DNA from: Gemmatimonadota bacterium
GTDB lineage: Bacteria > JAAXHH01
NCBI GenBank assembly: GCA_026702745.1
Contig: JAPPBT010000018.1
Location: 32,259 to 96,258, forward strand
Reading direction: 5' to 3'
Length of the DNA stretch: 64,000 nucleotides
Notes under the pieces: model-generated
The model's database searches: none
Told to the model about the DNA's origin: nothing
The model's input: the letters and a program-made list of their open reading frames with translations, nothing else
Program-made: the position numbers and the translations under genes
In this document: one piece after another, positions 57,088-64,000 of the stretch
Numbering within the stretch: position 1 is the stretch's first letter
Layout of the letters: every line of letters begins with the position of its first letter

Positions 57088-57219
57088 TCACCTCATCCAC
57101 CTGGCGAGAGTCTTGTGGGCCTGGCGTCGGGCCAGGTGCTTTCCGGCCCGTGTCGGCCCACCCTTGAACAGGGCGCTAAACAGGGTAAACAGGGACAACA
57201 GGCGGTACAACGTGCGCAT
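57088..57219 (-). CDS. Small ORF (43 aa, hydrophobic N-terminus) immediately upstream of folD
   Basis: ATG at 57219 with SD GGAGGAGA; the stop lies 4 nt before the folD ATG. Not in the ORF track (<60 aa); speculative. Confidence 0.25.
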   Translation of the reverse strand: MRTLYRLLSLFTLFSALFKGGPTRAGKHLARRQAHKTLARWMR

Positions 57220-57339
57220 GGGATCTCCTCCGGTGAATCACGCGGACGGCCTTTGCGTTAAGTTTGGAGCACTGTTTTATCCTGCTTAAGCTATGTAGAT
57301 ATCAATCGCTTTACTATCGAAATCAGTACTTTCATGGCC

Positions 57340-58779
57340 CTACTCGATCCCAGCCGCCTTCTTCGCCACATCCATGCACCGTAGCAGGTCGTATCCACGG
57401 AATATGGTGATCTTCTGCGCCTCGAGCGAACCCTCGGCATGGATGGCCAGCAGCTCGTGGTACCCGCCGAAATCCGAAGCCGTGAGGTCGCGGATGAGAT
57501 TGATGGCCTTCATCCGGTCCATGGTCGGCACGCCCTTGCGGCCGCCCAGGTAGCGGTCCAGGTCGCCCCGTGTTTCCTCGTTGTGCCAGTCTGCTTCCGA
57601 CGGGCCCGTGACCAGCAGGGCGCCGGCGATGTCCTGCACATCCCGCACGGCCTCGTGGTAGTTGTTGGCGAAATGGTACTTGGCGATGTTGGTCGTGAGC
57701 GTGTCCGGCACCGCGATGCCGTCCACCACCTTGCAGTCCATGGCGGCCGCGCGGGTCAACGCGCGGACCGTCTCCGTGTAGGTGATGAGCCGCGTGGCCT
57801 TGTCGCGGATGTGGCTGGCCTTCTCCACCCCGTTGTACACGGCGATCAGCGAGGCCGCGCCGATGAAGAGGTCGAGGAGCGGCGGCTTGTAGGACACGGC
57901 CGTGTACCGGTGGAACTCCACGAAGGCGTTCGCCAGCACCCCGGCGAAATCCCACTCGCCCGCCAGGAAGACGCGCTCGTTCGGCACGAACACGTCGTCG
58001 AACACGGTCAGGGTCTCCACCAGGTGGTGTTTCGAGCTGACCGGATGGTGATAGGTGCTCTCGCCCGAGAACCCGAAGGGACTGGCGATGAGCCGGACCC
58101 CCGGCGTGTTGACGGGCACGGCGAAGGCCACGGCATAGTCCTGGTCCTCCTCCGAGATCGCCCGGGTGGGCAGCACGACCACTTCGTCCACGAAGGCGGT
58201 CCCCGTGGTATGGGCCTTGGCGCCGCGGACCACGATGCCGTCGGGCCGGCGCTCCACGATGCGCACATAGTAGTCTGGATGGGTCTGCTGGGACGGCAGG
58301 CGGCTGCGGTCCCCCTTGGCGTCGGTCTGGGCCACGGCCATGCTCAGGTCGCGGTCGCGGCATTCGGCGTGGTAGTTCTTCACGCGGTCCAGGTATCCGG
58401 TGCCATGCTTCTCGTCGATCTGCCGCGCGACGAGCCGGAGCGAGAACAGGGCGTCCGTGCCGATCTCCTTGATGAGCAGGACCACCCCGCTGCCCTCGCG
58501 GGTGCTCGTCTCGATCATCTCCCTGCGCTTCAGCAGGTCCTCCGTGTTGGCCGGCGGGATGAAGTAGCGGCTGACGCGCTCACCCGTCTCGGGACATATC
58601 GCCGTGAACAGGTCCCGGTGCGCTTCGTCCTCCGCGAGGTGATAGTCCAGGGCCGTGTGCTCGGCGCCTACGCGCAGTTCCGGATGTTCCATGAGGTCCG
58701 GCACCCGCTCCCCGCGAAAGTAGATCGTCCTTCCGTCCCGCAATCCTTCCAGGTATTGTTCGGCCGTTCTCAAACCCAT
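57340..58779 (-). CDS. 4-hydroxyphenylacetate 3-hydroxylase (HpaB) / 4-hydroxybutyryl-CoA dehydratase family protein
   Basis: 479 aa; family size and conserved blocks (GLRTAEQYLEGLRD..., ...KAHTTGTAF...). Confidence 0.75.
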   Translation of the reverse strand: MGLRTAEQYLEGLRDGRTIYFRGERVPDLMEHPELRVGAEHTALDYHLAEDEAHRDLFTAICPETGERVSRYFIPPANTEDLLKRREMIETSTREGSGVVLLIKEIGTDALFSLRLVARQIDEKHGTGYLDRVKNYHAECRDRDLSMAVAQTDAKGDRSRLPSQQTHPDYYVRIVERRPDGIVVRGAKAHTTGTAFVDEVVVLPTRAISEEDQDYAVAFAVPVNTPGVRLIASPFGFSGESTYHHPVSSKHHLVETLTVFDDVFVPNERVFLAGEWDFAGVLANAFVEFHRYTAVSYKPPLLDLFIGAASLIAVYNGVEKASHIRDKATRLITYTETVRALTRAAAMDCKVVDGIAVPDTLTTNIAKYHFANNYHEAVRDVQDIAGALLVTGPSEADWHNEETRGDLDRYLGGRKGVPTMDRMKAINLIRDLTASDFGGYHELLAIHAEGSLEAQKITIFRGYDLLRCMDVAKKAAGIE

Positions 58780-58883
58780 TTTCGGTCTCCGGTCAGTTTC
58801 ATGATTTCAGTAATTTCGCCCATTTTTCCGCGGCCGACCTCGCTGCGCTCCGTCCGCCGTCGACTTTGCGCAACCTCATTCCG

Positions 58884-59672
58884 TCAGGCCGCGCTCCATC
58901 CTCCGTCGACCATCAACACCGATCCGGTCGTAAAAGAAGACTGGTCTGAAGCCAGGAACAGCACGGCTTGCGCCACCTCTTCCGGCGCTCCGAAGCGGTC
59001 CATGGGGTGCTTTTTCTTCAGCCGTTCGTACATGGCGGCATGGGCCTGCACGGACTCGGTCATGGGGGTATCCACCCAGGCCGGCGCCACGGCGTTGACG
59101 CGAATACCCCGGTCCGCGTATTCCACGGCGAGGATGCGCGTGAGCTGATCGAGCCCGGCCTTCGACGTGCCGTACGCCGCCGACCGCTTCATGCCCGACT
59201 GTCCGAGGACCGAGCTGACATTGACGATACTTCCGGCCTCCCGGGAAATCATGCCGGGCAGGACGGTCCGGATCATGCGGAACGCGCCGGAGAGGTTGGT
59301 GGCTATGGTCTGGTCCCAGAGCTCGTCCGTGGTCTCGTCGGCGTCCATCAACGTCGCCGTCCCGGCGTTATTCACCAGGACGTCGATCCGGCCGAAGGCG
59401 GCAATCGTCTCGTCGGCCACACGCTGGCAATCCGCGGTAACGGATACGTCACCGGAAACCTGGATCGCCCGGCCGCCCATTTCCGTGATTTTCGCGACCA
59501 CCTCTTCGAGCGGTGCCTCGCGCCGGCCCGTGACGCAGACGGCCGCGCCTTCCTGGGCAAAAAGCCTCGCCGTAGCGGCCCCGATCCCCGTTCCGCCGCC
59601 CGTGATGAGCGCGACACGCTCTTCCAGTTTCAATGCCGGTTCTCCCAAAGTGCGTTCTCGGTCAGCGGCCAT
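58884..59672 (-). CDS. SDR-family short-chain dehydrogenase/reductase
   Basis: TGGGTGIG cofactor motif, NNAG, and catalytic S...YGTSK. Confidence 0.85.
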   Translation of the reverse strand: MAADRERTLGEPALKLEERVALITGGGTGIGAATARLFAQEGAAVCVTGRREAPLEEVVAKITEMGGRAIQVSGDVSVTADCQRVADETIAAFGRIDVLVNNAGTATLMDADETTDELWDQTIATNLSGAFRMIRTVLPGMISREAGSIVNVSSVLGQSGMKRSAAYGTSKAGLDQLTRILAVEYADRGIRVNAVAPAWVDTPMTESVQAHAAMYERLKKKHPMDRFGAPEEVAQAVLFLASDQSSFTTGSVLMVDGGWSAA

Positions 59673-59755
59673 CGGTCAGCGGCCATCGGTCAGCGGCCAT
59701 CAGTCAGCGGCCATCGGTCAGCGGCCATTGATCAGCGGCCATCGGTCAGCGGGCT
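59658..59755. repeat. Minisatellite, 14-nt unit (minus-strand ATGGCCGCTGACCG) x7, spanning the stop of the PhyH gene and the start codon of the SDR gene
   Basis: Seven tandem copies (two slightly degenerate); each unit contains both ATG and TGA. Confidence 0.85.
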
Positions 59756-60559
59756 CTCGGCCAGTGCGCCATTAATCAACTCGCCGCCGGTCAGCGCGCC
59801 TTCACCGAAGATGACGGGGAAGGTTTCGCCGGTTTTGACCGCCCGCGTGGACGCATCCATGTAGGCGATGCTGATGGCACGCCTGGGGTTGCCGGTGGGA
59901 TTACGGGCCGACCGGTGCAGGAGCAGGTTGTTCAAGAGAATCGCCTCGCCCGCCTCCGCCTCGAGGTAGATACAATCTTCCTCCCGCGCGTACCGGGCCT
60001 GGTCGGACTCCGACGGGAAATGCATCTCGTTGATCACACCGTGCTTGTGGCTGCCCACCACCACCTCCATGCAGCCGTTCTCGACCGTCGCCGCATCGAG
60101 GGCGGTCCAGACGGTCGTCTCCGGATTTGCATCCAGCCCCCACCCGATGCCGACGTCCTGGTGCCAGGGGAGATGGGTACCGTGCTCGGCCGGTTTGTTC
60201 ATGAACATGGCCCGGAAGATGGAGACGTTCGGGCCGACGAGGGCCTCCGTGACCTCCCGGAAAAACGGGTGCTGCATGTATCCCAGGTACAGCGGATCCA
60301 GCTGCAGGTCGTCGATGCGCCGGTAAGCGAGCGTATCCTCGCTTTCCTCGAACGTCCTGGTCGGCAGTTCGCCGTACTCGCCTGTATCCGTGTCGCGCTG
60401 CATAGGCATGCCCTCGTAGCGGACGTTGCCCAGCATGATGTCGTCGATGCGGTCGCGCATGGCCTGCAGGTGTTCCTCGGAAGCCACCCGGCCCAGGCGC
60501 AGATAGCCTTCCTCGGCAAACCGGGCCAGTTCGCCCATGCCGAATTGCTGTTTGGACAT
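59732..60559 (-). CDS. Phytanoyl-CoA dioxygenase (PhyH) family Fe(II)/2-oxoglutarate oxygenase
   Basis: HxD...H facial triad context (LPWHQD, VVGSHKHG); SD GAGGAGGAGG before ATG at 60559. Confidence 0.8.
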   Translation of the reverse strand: MSKQQFGMGELARFAEEGYLRLGRVASEEHLQAMRDRIDDIMLGNVRYEGMPMQRDTDTGEYGELPTRTFEESEDTLAYRRIDDLQLDPLYLGYMQHPFFREVTEALVGPNVSIFRAMFMNKPAEHGTHLPWHQDVGIGWGLDANPETTVWTALDAATVENGCMEVVVGSHKHGVINEMHFPSESDQARYAREEDCIYLEAEAGEAILLNNLLLHRSARNPTGNPRRAISIAYMDASTRAVKTGETFPVIFGEGALTGGELINGALAESPLTDGR

Positions 60560-60687
60560 TGCCTCCTCCTCTGCGTCGTATCGACGGGTGAAGTGTGCGA
60601 GCCAGGCGGACCGCTGCTACAGTCGGCAAGGACGCACCACTAATGAACCTGGCGTGGCGCGACAGGCGGCAAGTGCCATGCGTTCTA

Positions 60688-61380
60688 TTACAACACCCCG
60701 GCCACACGGAAGAAGTTTTCCAGGATCTTCCGGCCGTGGGGATAGACGTCGACGTAGTATTCCGGGTGGAACTGCGTGCCGTACAGGGGCCGCTCCCGGT
60801 GCCTGATCGCCTGGATCCGGCAATTCTCGTTCGAGGCGATGAGATCGAAATCCGGCGGCACGGTCTTCATCTCCGCGTAGTGCGACTGCCGGACGACCAC
60901 CGGATCCGGCAGCTCGTCGAACAGCGGATCGGCCTTCACCGGACGCACCGGGTAGAAGCCTTCTTCGCAGAAGTAGCCGAGCGCATCAGGATTGGGATCG
61001 AGCACGTCGGGTTCGCCGGGCCGCAGCGGCCGCATCATCTCGTCTTCGAGTTTCGTCAGGTTGCGAAAGCCGTCATTGAACATGAACCCCATGAGTTGGT
61101 GGCTGGCGCACAGTCCCAGGGTGGGCACGTCCGCCATGGCGTTCAGCGTATCTTCGAAGCCGTAGAACGTCTCCGGTTTGAAATGCTGGAAGAAGGTCCC
61201 GCAACCGCTGAGCAGCATGGCCCGGGGCTTCAGTGGCTCGACGATCTCCGGCGTCATCTGCTCCTGGTGCAGTATCAGGCACGGTTGCCCGGAGATCTCT
61301 TCCAGCCGCCGCTTCAGCCGGAAATCCCGGCCGTCTTTATTGTAGGATTCCAGCGTCCCGATGCGAATCCAGATGATCAA
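60688..61380 (-). CDS. Class I glutamine amidotransferase-like protein (GATase1 / gamma-glutamyl hydrolase-like)
   Basis: Nucleophile elbow GLCASHQ and downstream FHPE (His/Glu of the triad). Confidence 0.65.
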   Translation of the reverse strand: MIIWIRIGTLESYNKDGRDFRLKRRLEEISGQPCLILHQEQMTPEIVEPLKPRAMLLSGCGTFFQHFKPETFYGFEDTLNAMADVPTLGLCASHQLMGFMFNDGFRNLTKLEDEMMRPLRPGEPDVLDPNPDALGYFCEEGFYPVRPVKADPLFDELPDPVVVRQSHYAEMKTVPPDFDLIASNENCRIQAIRHRERPLYGTQFHPEYYVDVYPHGRKILENFFRVAGVL

Positions 61381-61508
61381 TTAGTCATCCGTCCTGTTTG
61401 GAAACCACACACGCACATTTCAAAGAGAGTCAACCTTCTATTCCTAGACATCTTCCTCTTTTCTTGACTCGAGATACCCGATCAGCCCTTCAAAGATTTT
61501 GCGTAGGG

Positions 61509-61919
61509 TTATTTCTTGAGAATCTTCAAAATCCTATCCAGTGTATCCCCTGTATGGACTAACGATTCTTTGTTAGCGGATGCAATTTCACTAACAAGAT
61601 CAAGTTTCTCTTTGATCCCTTCCGAGTTGGTTTTCAGGTCCGCCACGTTGGTTTTCAGGTCCGCCACGTTGGTTTTCAGGTCCGCCACGTTGGTTTTCAG
61701 GTCCGCCACGTTGGTTTTCAGGTCCGCCACGTTGGTTTTCAGGTCCGCCACGTTGGTTTTCAGGTCCGCCACGTTGGTTTCGATTCCAACCAATCGGTTG
61801 TCGATTTTGAGGATGTGATTCAATATCGAACTCGAAGTATCTTCAAGACTGGATACCCTGCGTTCCAACCTGCTCATTCGACGTTTCATATCGGGAGTAT
61901 CATCTATTACAGTCATCAT
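61509..61919 (-). CDS. Coiled-coil repeat protein with 7-8 perfect TNVADLK heptads (XhlA-like, phage-associated?), low-GC
   Basis: 136-aa ORF; N-terminal coiled coil (MSRLERRVSSLEDT...), then identical heptads encoded by a perfect 21-bp tandem array. Confidence 0.5.
   Translation of the reverse strand: MMTVIDDTPDMKRRMSRLERRVSSLEDTSSSILNHILKIDNRLVGIETNVADLKTNVADLKTNVADLKTNVADLKTNVADLKTNVADLKTNVADLKTNSEGIKEKLDLVSEIASANKESLVHTGDTLDRILKILKK
61626..61793. repeat. Perfect 21-bp tandem repeat x8 (gttggttttcaggtccgccac), coding (in-frame heptad TNVADLK)
   Basis: Eight identical units plus a partial ninth. Confidence 0.9.
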
Positions 61920-62249
61920 CTGGTTCCTAACCTATCCGGGGTGGTTGTTTCGAGGGATTCGTCACAGAACGAGAGCGACCCGTAAGTCGTCGTTTCAACT
62001 GTTGTATCCATCAAGCCACCTGGTATGGGTGACTACATGAATCAAGTCACATCGTTGGCAAATTGTCAACGCCGATTTTGTTGGCATCTCGTCAACACTC
62101 GTGTATCCATGCCTTATCACCTCCTATGCCATCAGATCGAAGTTTCCAGGCCGTTTTTTATCCCAATGTTCACCGTTCGATATTTCCCCCTTTCTTTTCA
62201 TAACCGGACTCGCAGGTCCATGTTACTGATCCTGGGATATCCGCAATTT

Positions 62250-62510
62250 TCACTCTACCCGTCCCAGGTGCGTATTCATGTCGTGTTTCTCTTCCCGCAT
62301 CGAGGATAACTCGGTACGTATAGCAGCCATCCCGGTACGCATTTCCGAGAAGCCTGAACGGACTTCATCCCTGAATTCCTGGTTCAGCTGATTGACAAAC
62401 GCAAAAACGGTAATGACCAGGACCCCTGCGGCGGTTATGATCTGGGCGCCGAAGGCCCAATGATCACGGGATATCATGGTCATGTCTGACTCCTTCCAAA
62501 GTTCATCCAA
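62250..62510 (-). CDS. Small membrane protein with TM helix followed by coiled coil (hypothetical)
   Basis: 86-aa ORF; TM segment AFGAQIITAAGVLVITVFAFV; lies in the low-GC islet. Confidence 0.35.
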   Translation of the reverse strand: MDELWKESDMTMISRDHWAFGAQIITAAGVLVITVFAFVNQLNQEFRDEVRSGFSEMRTGMAAIRTELSSMREEKHDMNTHLGRVE

Positions 62511-62620
62511 ATAAGCCTACCGCCGCTGATCTCACGCTGATATCTTAAGAGTCGCAAATCGAGTTTCCAATCTCGTAGATAAAACACAGATCAGAACCAT
62601 CATGTGAAAAGGACTACGAA

Positions 62621-63559
62621 ATGATCGTCATGGCTACGAACAACGGCGACGTGGGCATCCGGCAGGCGGTGGCCGCGCTCAGGGAAGGCAAGACCGCGGT
62701 GGACGCCATCGAGATCGGCATCCGGGAGGTGGAGGTGCACCGTCCCGACCGCAGCGTCGGCCTGCACGGCTATCCGAATATCCTCGGCTATCCCCAGCTG
62801 GACGCCCTCATCATGGACGGCCGCACGCGCGACGTGGGGGCCGTGGGCGCGGTGACGGGCTACGATCATCCGATCTCCATCGCACGCTGCGTCATGGAGA
62901 AGCTGATCCACGTCTTTCTCGTCGCCGACGGCGCGGAGCGGTTCGCCAGCGAAATGGGTTTCGAGAAGAGCTCCTTCGTGGACCCCGAGATGCCCGAGAT
63001 CTACGCGAAGCACGTGGTCGAACAACTCGGCATCGACGACCCCGAGGAACTCCAGCACACCAAAGAACTGTGGAAGCTGAGCCACCTGGCCGTCGATCCG
63101 CAGAAGGCCGGGGGCACGACCAACTTCATCGCGCAGGACGGCAACGGCGACATCTGCGTGGGCGTGAGCACGAGCGGCTGGGGATGGAAGTACCCGGGCC
63201 GCCTGGGTGATTCGCCGGTCATCAGCGCGGGCGGATTCGCGGACAACCGCTACGGCGCCGCGGCCTGCACGGGCACGGGAGAGCTGGCCATCCGGACCGG
63301 CGCGGCCCGGAACGTGGTGACCTACATGAAGATGGGCATGTCGCTGGAAGAGGCGACGGCCGAGGGGCTTCGGGACATGAACGAACTGGACTCCCAGCGC
63401 GTGGGCGGCGTGCAGATCATCTCTCTGGACTCCAGCGGCGCCCACATGGCGGGGACCACGAGCGACCGGAAGGGCAGCCACGTCTACATGACGGCCGACA
63501 TGGACGAGCCCGAGTTCGTCGAAGGCATTTCCGTGCCGTACGAAGGCGCGAGCCAGTAG
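62621..63559 (+). CDS. Isoaspartyl peptidase/L-asparaginase (Ntn-hydrolase, glycosylasparaginase family)
   Basis: Family blocks GAVGAVTGYDHP..., autoproteolysis-site-like GGTTNF, and TGTGE. Confidence 0.8.
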   Translation: MIVMATNNGDVGIRQAVAALREGKTAVDAIEIGIREVEVHRPDRSVGLHGYPNILGYPQLDALIMDGRTRDVGAVGAVTGYDHPISIARCVMEKLIHVFLVADGAERFASEMGFEKSSFVDPEMPEIYAKHVVEQLGIDDPEELQHTKELWKLSHLAVDPQKAGGTTNFIAQDGNGDICVGVSTSGWGWKYPGRLGDSPVISAGGFADNRYGAAACTGTGELAIRTGAARNVVTYMKMGMSLEEATAEGLRDMNELDSQRVGGVQIISLDSSGAHMAGTTSDRKGSHVYMTADMDEPEFVEGISVPYEGASQ

Positions 63560-63631
63560 AACTCAAGCCAACAAAAGGAGTCGGGCGCGGCCGTTCGGAG
63601 CATCGTAGATGAACCCGGAGGAGCATCCCGG

Positions 63632-64000
63632 ATGAAGCTGGAGGACGCCAAGGCCCATCTCGACGAACACGGTTATGTCGTGCTCAGAGAGGCGTTGACC
63701 CCGGATCAGGCCAATGCCCTGCGCGATCGCTCGGCCGAGTTGGCCGCAGCGGAAAGGGACGATGGCGAGCACGTCTACTTCGACGGGCAGGCGCAGCGGG
63801 TGTGGAACCTGGTCAACAAGGGCCGCATCTACGAGGAGATGATCCAGCTGCCCCAGGTACTTGCGCTCCACGAACACCTGCTCGGCGACGATTGTATCTT
63901 AAGCAGTTTTACCGTCAATCTCATCGGCCCCGGCGCACCGGCCGGCGGTCTGCACGTCGACTTCCCGCTTGGCCGATTCCCGCAGCCCGCGCCTCCGTTC
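63632..64000 (+). CDS. Phytanoyl-CoA dioxygenase family protein, 5' partial (runs off window end)
   Basis: ATG at 63632 after GGAGGAG SD; 123 codons open to base 64000 (absent from the ORF track because it has no stop); ...NLIGPGAPAGGLHVD is PhyH-like. Confidence 0.65.
   Translation, partial: MKLEDAKAHLDEHGYVVLREALTPDQANALRDRSAELAAAERDDGEHVYFDGQAQRVWNLVNKGRIYEEMIQLPQVLALHEHLLGDDCILSSFTVNLIGPGAPAGGLHVDFPLGRFPQPAPPF

Noticed and set aside
57340-58779. Assignment as Fe-S 4-hydroxybutyryl-CoA dehydratase (AbfD) specifically
   Set aside because: No C-x3-C...H...C cluster-ligand pattern was found in the sequence. Kept at the family level (HpaB/AbfD-like) only.

Overview
This is a high-GC (~65%) bacterial chromosomal segment, densely coding on both strands. 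I count about 55 protein-coding genes. Three tandem ~810-aa duplicated-FtsX 'orphan' permeases (ADOP family) suggest an Acidobacteria-like genome. Recognisable housekeeping genes are nrdR-nrdJ (class II ribonucleotide reductase), trpS, folD, coaA, rarA, anmK, a threonine dehydratase and a TPP enzyme, plus many oxidoreductases and hydrolases. I found no rRNA, tRNA or CRISPR array. The observations most worth following up are: (1) a thioredoxin-fold selenoprotein with an in-frame UGA at the first Cys of the CxxC motif and a downstream hairpin; (2) an SufR/ArsR-like regulator divergent from a Rieske-domain fusion protein and a YHS/TRASH metal-binding protein across an AT-rich, palindrome-dense operator region; (3) a TonB-like protein translationally coupled to a bacterial voltage-gated cation channel whose filter reads TLEDWTD (possibly Ca-selective); (4) three low-GC islets carrying an OMP beta-barrel gene, a Fic AMPylase and a protein with a perfect 21-bp x 8 repeat; (5) an unusual number of minisatellites (7-, 9-, 13-, 14-, 21- and 32-nt units), often at gene boundaries. 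The provided ORF track uses alternative start codons and contains many long antisense ORFs that are GC-driven artefacts.
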